Shown piece by piece: positions 1 to 15,418 of a stretch of DNA of 42,547 nt. The stretch's first letter is position 1; every line of letters begins with the position of its first letter. The stretch is from Trichoplax sp. H2. Taxonomy: Eukaryota. The notes below the pieces were generated by a model. The model did no database searches. It was not told where the DNA came from and worked only from the letters and a program-made list of their open reading frames with translations. The translations under genes and the position numbers were made by a program. Where the stretch lies: positions 186,001 to 228,547 of the forward strand of contig NOWV01000123.1 of NCBI GenBank assembly GCA_003344405.1. The letters run 5' to 3'.

Positions 1-1697
1 GGTTCAGATAAAACCTCAAGTAACTAGAAATCTGGGGTTCAATTTATACGTAGAAAATACATAAGCTAACTATATATATCATATTTTTAGGGGTTGGACT
101 CTGGTGAGCGCTCGATGGAGTAAGTGATGCGTTGTTATCTACAATTTTGTCAAAAATTTTCGCTATATGAATTGCATACCTTCATGAAATTATAGACAAC
201 CCGCTGATAGCCATGAAGTAAACATCGATGACGACATCGTAGCTGAAGATGAAGATGAAGCTGCAAAGGAACATGTAGCTGTAGCGCAAGGTGTGTACAG
301 CAAGGATTAGGTCTAGCTAAGTATTATTTCTAGAAAATAGTAAAGTTACGGGTGCAATAAATCTATCTGATGTCATAGTAATTATTATTGTGAGATACTA
401 TCGCCTTTTTTATTGCCTTTTGTTGGCAACTAATATTAGCAAGTATAGGACTTTACAAGTATGATTATTGTTCCTTAACTTTACTGATTTTACCACACCC
501 TAAACACTATATGAGACTCAGCATTAAAATAGCGTATTAAGTTGATATACACTAATTTTGTTTTTATTCCCTTTCCGTTAACCTGTAGAAGAAGACATGT
601 ACGGTCAAAAACCTGAACATGATGAAGAATTAAAAAATCTCGTTGCAGGTATAACTCAACTATCCTTAGCAATGATGTCGATGTTGATATCGCTTTACTA
701 TTTAATTCCCATGATTACAGTAAACAGTAATCAAGCTTTATAAAATAGTATTCCATGTCTATTTTACCACAAAAATCTATTGTTATACAATTAATATGCA
801 CTGAAAGTTATCATTTTCAACTCTTGTGTAAAAATATACTTACATTAACAAAAAACAGTGGCTGATAAAGCTCGGCAAGAATATAAGGCTGCGGAAGACA
901 ATAAGAACAATATGGAGAATGAAATCCAGTAAGACAAACTATTTACTTTGAGATTGTGTTACTTGTGACAGTGGAGCTGTAACAAAGCTGAATTTGTCAT
1001 TTTGTTACAGGGAGATCGAGAAGGTACTAGGTAGTGACTTTGGATCGGAAGAGGAATTTGCCTACCTACGAGGCAAATGCTATCAATTTACCGATAGAGA
1101 GTGTGTATTTATTGAGTCTAATTGGTTGTCATACTGTATAAACTCACATGTCGGCAGCTTATATAATTAAACCAATTGTAATTATCTATTGGTTCTAGAT
1201 ACACTTATGAGCTTTGTCCGTTTGACAAGGTAACACAAACTTCAAAATCAGGAGGTTCACAAACATCATTAGGGTATGTTATATATACGACAAGGATATG
1301 CGGTATATTATAATGTATATGATGACATGAAAAGTAAAAAGCGCTGCTGCGCTCCTAATTATTTCGATTGCAGTACATGGGGTTCCTGGGTTGGAGCAGA
1401 AAACAAATACTCTAAAATGAAATACGAAGGAGGCCAAAATTGTTGGAATGGCCCTGACCGATCAGCGACAGTCAGTATACTGATACTACTAGTCTTAGAT
1501 ATAAATTTACTAACATTGCTTTCAACCAATTGAGTTGATTACATCATATTTGCATTTCGTAGATCGTCATATCCTGCGGTACTGAAGATTCATTGATATC
1601 GGCATCAGAGCCTAATCGATGCGAATATTTGATGGAATTTAAAACCCCTGCTGCTTGTTTTTCTAGAGGCAATAAGAACTCTCACGACGAATTATAA
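1..1697 (+). CDS. PRKCSH: Glucosidase II beta subunit (PRKCSH/80K-H), 3' part; 5' end lies outside the window
   Basis: Phase-consistent GT-AG exons <1-19, 91-119, 196-290, 589-648, 859-928, 1011-1100, 1199-1273, 1374-1470, 1563-1697. Translation gives an acidic stretch ([12 protein letters not shown]), then the MRH domain [35 protein letters not shown]...[50 protein letters not shown], and the ER-retention signal HDEL-stop. The first three small exons are less certain. Confidence 0.95.
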
Positions 1698-1923
1698 TTA
1701 TTAGAAATAATGTTATATTTCTTGCCAATTTAAACATTACTGATCCCATGTGAAACAGTGACGGCGTTATTTTATGTTCAACTAATATTCGATTACATAG
1801 TTGACAGAAAGTGAAATAGCTTAAATATTTTTAAATGTAGTAATTACTGATGTAAATGATGTTAACTGGGTTTTGAGCCAATTCCTGAAATTTGTGATTT
1901 ACTAATTAATTAATTATTAATTA

Positions 1924-1929
1924 AATAAA
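1924..1929 (+). terminator. Candidate polyadenylation signal of PRKCSH
   Basis: AATAAA about 230 nt after the stop codon; the AT-rich background weakens the call. Confidence 0.4.
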
Positions 1930-3012
1930 ATTTTATCTACAATTTATTTTACCGAGGACGTACGCCTATAAAAATCAAGTAGCACCTGTGTATCATCTAA
2001 TGTATTTGACGTATGCAGTTTTACTAATATTTTTATGGGCAAGACCTAGCTTGCGCGTATGTTGTTCCACCTATTAAAATAGTGGTTAAAGCGACATACC
2101 ATGTATCTATACGAGTATAGAGAGAGAGACATACAGTACTGTATAACTTCGATATATCGTCCATTCGTACTTTTATAATTGTAAATAGATGCAAATAATA
2201 GCATGGTACAGTAAAACCGTCGACTGGATGTCACTAACCGATTTTGCTAGACATTAGTCGTGCAATCCGTCGCTTTGATGACGGGAGCATGCGTCACGAC
2301 ATCTTTACTGATAGTGTAGTACAGTATAATAAAAAAAACAATTTTATTGCAAGCTAGAGTAACTTGGCGCACTTGGCTTCTTTCCACTGCAGTACTATGC
2401 ATCGAGTAACAATAACTCGTACTACGAAACGCTTTGACACAATTGAAGTCAATGCCAATCTACTGTACGCTGGAGTCAATGAGTTCATGGCAATCTAGCT
2501 GTACCAGAGTCAGGGATCAACGGAACTTGTTGACTTCTGAGTATAGCAAGCTAAAACCACTGCGGTCAGCCAGTATTGACTCCAAGCACGGCGAATGCAC
2601 TCATCGCGGAGACAAAAACAAACTCAACATCCGGTGATGTCATGTCATCATGACGCTAGAGAAAATATCTACAGTACCAAAGTCACCGGTGCACACTGTG
2701 TACGTATAGTACTGTACCAGCGCGATTCACTTGGATGGCAAGATGGCGTCGACAATTTAAAGTTGCAATGAGTTGACACTCGTGTTCAAAATCTATATGT
2801 ACATGAGCTATTGGCCTACGTCTACATAGAAAATTGGATCTACTTTGGGCTTGATTTAGCCTACACAGTTTCTTTTCCTTGGTGCCACCGAAGTTCATTC
2901 CGCTGTCCACCTACAGTACTGTACTATACTGGACGGTGATGTTGTCATTCCTTTCCTAACGACACACGGAACCGGTCCGAAACTGGTCTCGATGAATAAA
3001 GTACGTTGTCAT

Positions 3013-3044
3013 TGGTCACACTACCAGCATTGGTAGTGTGACCA
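3013..3044. repeat. Perfect 14-bp inverted repeat with 4-nt loop
   Basis: tggtcacactacca-gcat-tggtagtgtgacca, followed by ctCTAGt. Confidence 0.9.
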
Positions 3045-3307
3045 CTCTAGTGTCAATGGAATAGAGTACAATCAGTAGTGCACAAAAGTACTGTACTGAA
3101 CACTATCTTGATGAAAAAGCAGCCACATCAACCACTGCGGTAACCGGGCAGGTAATAACGTCATCAGCCGCTAGGACCCGGTATGAGAGACAATAGCATG
3201 CAAGGGCTGTGCAGTACACTGCAGTAGACAGTGTCAACAGGAGTGGATGTTCCACAAGTTCAATTTCTATACTGGTTGCTAGAGTGCCGATTTAAGGAAT
3301 TGGATCA

Positions 3308-6300
3308 ATGGCGTCTTCTGAAATTCCTCGAGATTTGATTCTGGCTAATTTTCAGGTGGGCTATCCCATTCTGATAGGAATCCACACAAATTGCTTCCAA
3401 TTCCACAGGCACAAATTGTCTTGATCGCTTTTATCTACGGTACTTATTTTATCTTTCATCATCATAGGTCGTCACTGGTATACAGGACTTTGACCGTTGT
3501 CTTACAATTTTAGAAGGAAACCAATGGGATTTCGAGGTAGAATCATTGCATCAAACATGACTACTATCATATAAAAATGTTAAACTAGGATACATTGCTG
3601 ATCATGGATTCAATTTGAACTTATGAAATAATTGAAATGCTATAGCTTAAGCTACAAAGTACAGCTTGTATCATCATCTCAATTGTTTTCTGTATAATAA
3701 TAATACTAAATTAGAAAGCCGTCAAGGATGCGATGCCGTTTCAAGAAGGTTACGAAGAAGTTGGGTAGGTTTCTTTCATCATGTGTTGTTACTGTATACA
3801 AACTACATGTTAGAGAATTGTTAAGATATCACCAAATTCCCTCCATTAAATATGTCGTTACTGCAGTCAGTGTAGGACAAATAATTTCATGGATAAAATT
3901 GTACCTAGTCACAGACCCATAGAATATGTCCATCAACGTCTAGCGATTGTACTAAACTGCAATGGATGCTCCTTCTGCTCGATAATGATTCCTGGCTTAC
4001 GATTCATTGATTGCAGTAATCAATCACGTTGACACACTTGCAACCCAATTTAATCGTCCACAAACTGTTAATCAATGGGCTACTAGTAAGGACTATTTTA
4101 AAATAGTCCTTACTAGCAGTATAGCGCAGATACTGTAGGTACTTGTACGGTAGACTACCAATTGTACAATTCAATTCATTGAAAAATAATGATCCTCATT
4201 ACAATATTGTACATTCCTGCAAGCCGGTCATGCAACTGTATATTAGACGCTATGTTATTATAGGAAATGATAGATCAAAATGGCTGTCATGACTAAAACA
4301 ACTAAGACTACTAAGACTAACCTTGTCGGCTGACTACAAAGCATCGCTCGTATTTCGATCTATTTTCCCTTTGAAGTATGAATTAAAAATTAAATAATGA
4401 TATCAAGTGCGAATTCTCGTACAAAGCATTGTACTTTTTTCCGCTACAACCTCTGTTCTATTCTGCATAATACAGTAGTACTGCGTCAAGATGGAGACAA
4501 GCTTCATCTATGTATGTACTGTATTTTGTGAAGAGGATAAAGTGTTACTACTCATTGATGTTAGTCGATACCAATGACTTCTAAAAGAAAAGAGATACTA
4601 TGGTTATATCTTATCTATTTCGATGATTCAATCTACAGTACTGCAAAAGTAAGCCCCTCAACAGATTGCAAAATTCTGTAGAGTACAATATCAGATACGA
4701 AGTAGCGCATTATTAATTTGATCCATTACAACCATGGAATCTTCGTTGATGCATTTAAGCTGCAATACGGAAACGATACATCGTATAGTACAGTTCAAAA
4801 ACTGGATGGTTTTTTCAAACGTATTTATTAACAATCAGTTATCGTGCTAATTCTTTGCCCCAACATGAACTGATCATTTTAAGAAGTATGCTTTTATATA
4901 GTTCTTTGCTCTTGATTTTTAGACGTACAGTCGATTTACAGTGTATAGCATGCTCAGGTCATTTCATGTAACACTTTCTACAGTATTTACTCGTATACGT
5001 TCATATGAGTACTGTACCCGAGCAGGTTACCGAAAAAAAAAGTGCTCAAAAATAATTATTAATTAAAAGCAAATTTAACTGCAGTATCATTGCTACTGTA
5101 CCCGGAATAGAAATACTCCATCTATGACTTACTCTACTCCTCTAATGAACAATTTTGCCGATAATTTATAGTTCAATATTGATATCGAACAGCGATGAAA
5201 TGTACTCGTATAAATATCTACCCTGTACAATCGTACTATACGTTACTGTCATCCATTGATAAAATTACCAACGACTTAATGAGTCATTACCCTTGCATAT
5301 ATATCTATAAAAACAAAGCTTATTACCATCATAACGAGTCTAAGGAAGTGATGCATGCGTAGACCTACAGTGCACTTTAAATGATCATGCATGACAAACG
5401 GGTTGAATTCACTACAGTAAGAAATTCCTGTTTCAACTTTATCCGCTTCTAAACATAACTTTCGTAAGTTATTTTTGTAAGCCTTTTTATATCGACGAGA
5501 TAAAATACCCTTGGATCATGCTTTAATAATAAATAAGTGGACATAATTTTCTGTCAAAACGTTTAGAACAATTGATGCTGCTGCTTTTAATACAAACAAC
5601 GAATCTACGATAGCCCAAGGCAGAAATAATGATTTGGACTATCATAAGATAGAATTCGCAGTCAGTTGGCAAGAAGATACTATTATTTTGGAAGTACCTA
5701 CCAATCGTACTGTTGGTTAGTATTTCCTATTTAGATAAGAGTTTTATAAATTTCGATCTCCTCACTATATTATAATCAATGATAATATATTTATCGTTGA
5801 CAAAGTTTTGCAATTTCGCTTATTTCAGGTTTTATCAAGGAACAATTGCAAAATCGCTTAGGTATATCACGCAAGAATCAAATATTGGAAAACTGGCCAA
5901 ATAATACTGAAATTACAATCGATGATAATGTATGATGCATCTATTTGTTAGCTTAAATTATTACTAGTCGTATTATGGTAATGGCATGAGCATCGCAGAC
6001 TTCCTACTGTTGCTTAATTTCTTTGGTTAAAGTAACTATAGATCAGATTCTTTTTTGTAATAGTGTTACTATTTCATATCGATTAGACCGTAATATCTTC
6101 GCTTATGCTGCCTGATCAAGTAAATCTTAATCTATTAACGACTTCAACCGCCGACAATAACTCTGTAAATCTGATAAGAGCTGATCAATGGTAGGACTAT
6201 GATTGTTTCCTTATTTAAAAGTTGCGACTAAGTGTATATATACAAAATAAGCTAAGTGAGCCAATTTTCGTCATCTGTCTTGTTTTACTGTAGCGAATTT

Positions 6301-8796
6301 ATCGTGCATAACTCTGGAGGAAAATTTACTTTACATTTTCCTTGGTGTACCACACTACGCGAGGTTAGTACAGTACCGTCTGTATAACGTAATTCAATAA
6401 TAATGGGTAATTGCAAGTATACAAATTATATTTTCTGACAGGTGAAGGCGCAAGTCGCAGACATATTAAATATACCGGTTAAGAGACAGAAATGGACTCG
6501 TTTGCCGAATTTCGATGACAATGTACCCTATTTGCAATGAATAATTTTCTAACTATTAGGATGGCTATATCTTGATTTGTAGCATTTTATTACAGATTAC
6601 TTTACAAGACTGTGATTTGCCACCCGTTTATAGCGCCAGCGTGGCATCGTCTTACGATTTTAATAAGGTATTGTGTGTTGAATCTTATATGTCTTGCAAT
6701 ACAATGCTTATAACACAATACCCTCACTAAAATGTTCAACTAGGCTGCTTTCTCTGCGGATGACGATATCGATGGTAATGATGATGATGATAATTGTGAT
6801 TCCATGGATTTGGTAAACATCAAGGATAATTATTTTAACTCTAACAATCAATTAAGTAAGTTTACGTAGTTTTACAATACTGTAAACGTATCGATATCAA
6901 GTTAAAAAATCAAATTTGATTCGCTACATTTAGTGCCGGATGACTGGAAAGATCTTACGCTAGCATTATCTGGATTCAGTGATGCCTTTGAAATTAGGTA
7001 AGTACTGTACTATATATGCTATATCTAAATTCCAAAATAGGTATTATATTTATCCTATGCAGATATAAGTAATATTATGAAGCGTGTTGCAGATATGGTC
7101 CCATGCATCCGCTATTTTTTATTGGCCCATTAAAAGATGCCCTAGATGAATGTTTCAAAGGAAATGTAAATCAGGTCTGTTATCTAATGTAGAAATTTGT
7201 TCAAGTTTTCAATTCTTAGAACAAATTAGTAATTTCGGCTATGCTTGATTTCAATATAGAGAAAGCCATTATTCGTTTATATACATAACAGCAAAAGTGT
7301 CCAAGTGAATATCTTTTGTAGGTGAGTGAGTTACGGTGACGAGGTAATAATAATATGAAAAACGATATTATTACTTGTGATACTTAATATCCCACTATTT
7401 ATGCTACGGTAGCAATGTTTTATGCTCAGAATCCATCGTTAACTACTTAAATCAAAACTACGTAAATTGGGCCTGGGACGTAACTTTGCCTAGTAATCGC
7501 GAAAAGTGAGTCTTATATTTTTATGTCAAATGTCCCGGTTTCTAATATATCAACTGAAAAATGTATTCGTTACAGGTGCTTTAGTTTATGTACGTCACTA
7601 TTTGGTGCTACGGCAACCTTCTCTCTGGAACGATTTGAAGACGATGACTACCCTATTATGCTAGTTATAACGAAAGTGAAATCTTCCCTAGAAATAAGTC
7701 GCGTGTTGCAAGGTGAGGATAAGAATTTATTTTTTATCTATTCGAATTACCCAAGGTTATTTGAATCTTGTTATACTTATGACCAGCTAAAATGTCATTG
7801 GACGAGCTATTTACTGGATTAATGGGTGCATTTGAAGATTACCGGCATGTGTTACATAATGAATTAAAAGAAGAAGTAAGTAATTTTAAACTACAAATAA
7901 TTTAAATTGGTCCACATTGATTCATTAATCGTCTTCGGTGATATATTTTAGTACTAAGTCGTTACTGACCATTTTTAGGAAGCTAGAGAGGCCAGACAAA
8001 GGTTCAAGAAACTTCAAGACGCGGAATATGAGGCATCTTTAAAGGCTGATCGAGCAAAGGTCAAAATTTGATAGCGTCCTTGGGGATAATCTTGAAATTT
8101 TAACGAAACCTATTGTATGTAATTTTAGGCTGAGCAGCGCGCTGCTGAGGAAGAAGAACGAAATCGCCTAGAGAAAGAGGCACAACTTTTGCGAGAACAT
8201 GAAGAGCAAGCTCTAATGGAGGAAGTAAAACGGAAAGAGGTTAATAAGTCAAACTTACCAGATTTGAAATAAATAGTAATAACCTAGAATATGTATATCA
8301 TCTGTTAAACTAGGCGGAAAGACAGAGTTTAGCACAGAGCATTCCGCAAGCACCTCCGGACAATTGTACTGATGATGTGATTAAATTCTTAATACGCTTA
8401 CCTGGTGGGGAAAGGCTATCCCGTAAATTTTATTCACGCAATACTGTGAAGGTAATATGTTGTAAATGACCTTAAGGAGCACTAGTGATCATTGCATTCT
8501 CAAAATAAACTATCTACAATAATCAACTATAAAACTAGGATTTATTAAACTACGTGGCATCCAATGGTTTTCTTGATTTTGAATTCAAAGTAGTGACTAA
8601 TTTTCCTAAACGTGAGGTAACAAATACAAATCATAGTACTGTATATTATATAAGAGTAGTTGCTTTTAATAATTATATTACGCATTAAATTATGGCCTCT
8701 TTATAATTACAATAGATTTCTGCCTTAGACCCCCACTTGAGTTTAGGAGATGCGGGATTTTTAAGCCAAGATACTCTATTCGTGCAAGACAGATGA
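3308..8796 (+). CDS. FAF1: FAS-associated factor 1 (UBA-UBL-UBL-UAS-coiled coil-UBX; p97/VCP adaptor), 21 coding exons, about 623 aa
   Basis: Exons 3308-3355, 3468-3536, 3715-3764, 5567-5715, 5829-5929, 6087-6190, 6294-6363, 6442-6522, 6596-6667, 6744-6855, 6934-6997, 7093-7174, 7260-7321, 7413-7505, 7576-7712, 7787-7875, 7979-8059, 8129-8239, 8314-8451, 8539-8616, 8716-8796; all GT-AG, phases consistent, total 1872 nt. N-terminal UBA MASSEIPRDLILANFQVVTGIQDFDRCLTILEGNQWDFE; UAS RYGPMHPLFFIG...VYIHNSKSVQVNIFCSNVLCSESIVNYLNQNYVNWAWD; coiled coil EYEASLKADRAK; UBX IRLPGGERLSRKF...TNFPKR...QDTLFVQDR*. Confidence 0.95.
4083..4116. repeat. Perfect 34-bp palindrome in FAF1 intron 3
   Basis: ctagtaaggactatttt|aaaatagtccttactag is its own reverse complement. 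Confidence 0.92.
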
Positions 8797-8810
8797 AGAA
8801 GTATAAATCG

Positions 8811-8816
8811 AATAAA
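8811..8816 (+). terminator. Candidate polyadenylation signal of FAF1
   Basis: AATAAA 14 nt after the stop codon. Confidence 0.3.
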
Positions 8817-9427
8817 GTTGATACCTTTACAAATTGCAGAAAGATCCTATTAGCGTATTTGATATCTGCAACAGTATCTAATGTTTATTTATAAAGTATT
8901 GTTTTATTGTGACAGATATCAAGCGTATATCACGGAAGATGGACTGTTTTATACTGCATATCCGCTTCAGTGCATTTTTTTGGTATTCCTTGTAAATTGC
9001 CGTAGTGTCGCTTTCGCGTATATGCTGAAAATTATAACGTAAAGATTTGGACAATAGAAATTAACAAAATTTCACAGCAAATGTGAAAATCGTGTATAAG
9101 TACTTAGAGTTTCTAACACCTATGGAATGAAATATTCTGTAAATTGTGATTTTTATGTATGCAATTGAAAAAATATCACTTAAATCTTGTATTGAAATTT
9201 TTGGTACGCAATAGAAGCAAGGTAGTATTATTTCAGGAAGATTATGTGAGGAAATGATATCTCAGTCGTGGCTGTATAGCGTCTATAATTCATTGCGAAT
9301 GGACTTTGGTACGGTGCGATTTGTTATAGACATTGTTAAGTTAAGCGATTTCTGAATGGTATATATTATATTTTGGTAACGGTGTTATAAAAGAGATTCA
9401 GACATGAGTGCCGTGTATATAAAATAA

Positions 9428-9580
9428 ATGGCGTCCGAAAATAGTAGGATAAAGCTATTTGCATTATCGACGTGTTTTGTGTTGTTCGCGATGAGAGTTC
9501 AGGCTGCACGTTTATACTGTATTATGTGCTTAAAATTATACAACATCCTTAGCGTATTTCACAGGTTCGAAACGGAGTAG
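9428..9580 (+). CDS. Candidate 50-aa small ORF with signal-peptide-like N-terminus
   Basis: MASENSRIKLFALSTCFVLFAMRVQAARLYCIMCLKLYNILSVFHRFETE*; TATAAAAG at 9386-9393. No homology recognised. Confidence 0.2.
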   Translation: MASENSRIKLFALSTCFVLFAMRVQAARLYCIMCLKLYNILSVFHRFETE

Positions 9581-10700
9581 GGTACGTAAATGTATTTGTA
9601 GCTTTTAATCGAGGTTGTAAACTACTGCAAGCATATGGTAACAATATAACCGCATTATCACTCGAAATTTTGTTTTACAAACTTTTTGATCAGGTATAGG
9701 TGGAATTACATTATAACGTACTAATGGTAATGACACAGTCAGTAAATTGTAACGAGGTTTTAAATATGTTTCTTATCAATATATCTATTCCAGACTGTAA
9801 TCCAATGTTGCGTAAATTTTACTTTTAAGTTTGCCCCGTATGCACTTCCTGCAAGTCCTAGCATTACGGTTTATAGCTTAAGACTTTAGTTCTGAAGTAA
9901 ATAGTAATAAGCATAACCTACATAAGCAGTTTTATTTTATTTATTACATGATATTAACTGACTTCCAAATCTATTAACGGTTAGCGTGATACTGTATTAG
10001 AAAACTAAAGCCAACCCCAAGTGGCAATTAGTGCGTTACTCATAGATCACTGTATTTGCGTATTGTCTCCACAAGAGTATCAAAATAGCGACCTAATTTA
10101 ATATATTTACTTCACATACATGCATAAACATCTACAACGAGTACGCAGATAATTATAATCGAGTCTTTTTTCTAGCGGGAATGTACATGATGTGTCAATC
10201 ACATACTATATGCACAATACAGCATAGCGGATTTTATGACATTCGAGTATAATAACAAACGTCATTATTGTACTTAACATTATTTCGCATATTCTGCAAT
10301 CGAAAGATTGTCGGAATGTTATCACCCACTTTGGTAGCTCATTTTGTATCATGGATGTATTGCTTACTTCACAAATCTGAAGTTAACGGATTGTGCAGAG
10401 AGAGAATATTGCATTACCCCAGATATTCTTCGATATATTTAATTAGGATATCGTTATCTGCGATCAGTTCTTATAGCAATAATAATAATAAACCATATAA
10501 TAAGCCTTCTGTTATCCTTTTCAGTATAATATAGACCAATGTTCCAAGATAGAACCCCATTGCATAATGATTATATCAAGCTGTATCAAAAGAATGACAA
10601 AATCCAATGGCGACAATTTACTTGTATTCCATTATATAATCAATTATAGAAAACAATTAGATCAAGAATGACGTCACGATAATTCAAATGGCAGTATTAT

Positions 10701-10800
10701 AATAATTGCATTGGTCAGACGATGCTGACTACTATTTAAATTATAGGAATGAATAGAACGAATGTCTAGTTACCAAGCTTTGGTTTCTAGGGCACTTTAT
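10701..10800 (+). repeat. Non-coding element, copy 1 (homologous to 15319-15418), upstream of calcyphosin-like paralog A
   Basis: Core 10715-10783 aligns without gaps to 15333-15401, 52/69 identical by hand count, mismatches mostly transitions. Confidence 0.8.
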
Positions 10801-10997
10801 CCTTAGTTACATATCACGATCTAGCGGCGAGCATTGTTTGCACTTTTCGTTACTACGCAGTAAATAGAGTTGTCCCTGTTAGTACTTTATCAAAGCAATT
10901 TTGTCTCATTAGATAAACATTGCAGAGTAACGCTATAAATTTGGAGTATAGTAGAAAAGCAAACGAGCGCTGCAGTGATAACGTAAATAAGTTGGAA

Positions 10998-13570
<2,573 letters not shown>

Positions 13571-15318
13571 ATTATGAGCTAAGTCATCGATATTAGCTTC
13601 ACTCTAACTTGCTATGTTATGATAAAGATTAGAGACTATGCTATGCCACTTAGTCTCTCATTTTATCAGTACAGCAGACTTATTCGTGTTATATAATAGC
13701 ATTTGAAATGACTTAAATAGTCAGATGTGCTATCATAATGTAAGTTTGTTCGATTTCGCAATAGATTTCCTATTATATACTCCTTGCTGAGGTGTATATT
13801 TTAGCATGTCTTTTTACTAAATAGAAATGAATGAGGACAGCCGAAAAAATATGTTAAAATTTTAATATTAGTTATAGTTCGTTTTATTTCTTCTTAGCTA
13901 GCTTGCATCCTTCATATCTTATACCTTTATAACTTAGAATGATAGTAATTATGATTACGTTATTTAATATATTGCACTTACGGTTAATTCTTCTAACTCT
14001 GTCTAAAAACGACATTACTATAGACAGAAGTATACAACATCTCACCCATCATCAGTGATTAATGGTGACAATACTTGCATACTAAACATGGTAATTAAGG
14101 CGAACATTTCTTTACTTTACTTTACTTTCGATTCGTTGTAAAGTTAGGCATCGCTTGAAACATGACAAGCTTTCGTTTCTTTAATTTATTAATGTTAACT
14201 TATTTATCACTTTCTCAGCATTAGTTACTTATTAATACGGTAATCATGTCTTCTACAATGTAATATGTTATCGATTATGCTATTATTAGTATTTATTAAG
14301 GAGAAATATTCACATTTTAGTACGTAACATGCTTTTACCAACAAAATCATCTTAGGTTTAAGGTTGATGACCGTAGAGAAATAAAGCTAATGCTAGAAAA
14401 TTCGCGATTGCATTATTTGTCAACTTCTTTGCTTAGCTGTGATATCAACAAATGCGGCAGTGTAGTGATTTAATATATAGCGTTCATTCCATCTGAAACC
14501 AATTAATTACTGCATATACTCTGCTACGAGACAGTAATATCTATAGTTGTTAATGAAAATTTAAATTTTATTAGAAAAGAATTCGTTAAAGATCAACAAT
14601 GTTAAGCCTATTAGGATTATAGAGGAATTCTTCACGATTACATAATTTGCATCTTTCTGATCTAATAGGAAACCTTGTAACATCTAACTTAGTTATACTG
14701 TGATGTGAATTTTGAGCGGAAGCATTTAGAGAGAGGTATTTCCAAACAATTGTCGGAATTATCCTTACTCTTTTGTGAAGTTCAGACTAAGTTTCTTAGA
14801 GCTGAAGTCTAATTAAGCGAGCTCGCATGTAATAAAAACGTAAAGCAAAGGTAACCAAAACTCTTTGAGACCTTTAAAAGTTTAGGATAACAGGTTCCTT
14901 TGCGACTGAGTAGGTCTAACTTCTTGAAATCTAGCTCAAGAACGTTTGAATTCGAGATTTATTCCTACATTGTCCTTTCAATCGAAATATTGTAACACAC
15001 TTCTATAAAATCTGACTGTTACAGGATAGTCATAATATTACTACTAAAGCAATGCGATAATGTAGTAGTCTAATATTGTTTAAGAATTCATTATAAGAAT
15101 AGAGAGATTTAAAGAAAACTGGCGGTGTAGAAAAGTAGAATAGGCCTGTACTACACTTAATCAAATCCAAGCTAGGATTAGTTACCACCAACATTTTACT
15201 GCTATAATGATAGACTATGAGGAAATAATTTCAGTAGCAATAAAATTATGTTTTTCAACTAGATTGCTAGAGCAAGTGTTACTTCATACGATGAGAATGC
15301 TTTACTGTATAGAGGTTA

Positions 15319-15418
15319 GACAATTCTATGGATCAGACGATGCCGACTGCTGTTCAAACTGTTAGCATCAATGGGGCTAATGTCCAATTACCAAACTTTG
15401 GCCTGTGGAGAATTTCAT
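15319..15418 (+). repeat. Non-coding element, copy 2, upstream of calcyphosin-like paralog B
   Basis: tcagacgatgccgactgctgttcaaac...aatgtccaattaccaaactttgg matches tcagacgatgctgactactatttaaat...aatgtctagttaccaagctttgg at 10715-10783. Confidence 0.8.

Noticed and set aside
490-2910. ORF-track entries 490-672, 2046-2234, 2434-2637 and 2683-2910 as independent genes
   Set aside because: Antisense to a PRKCSH exon or lying in intergenic DNA; no recognisable domain or exon chain.
9564-9575. GGTTCGAAAC resembling a tRNA T-loop/B-box
   Set aside because: No cloverleaf stems and no properly spaced A-box.
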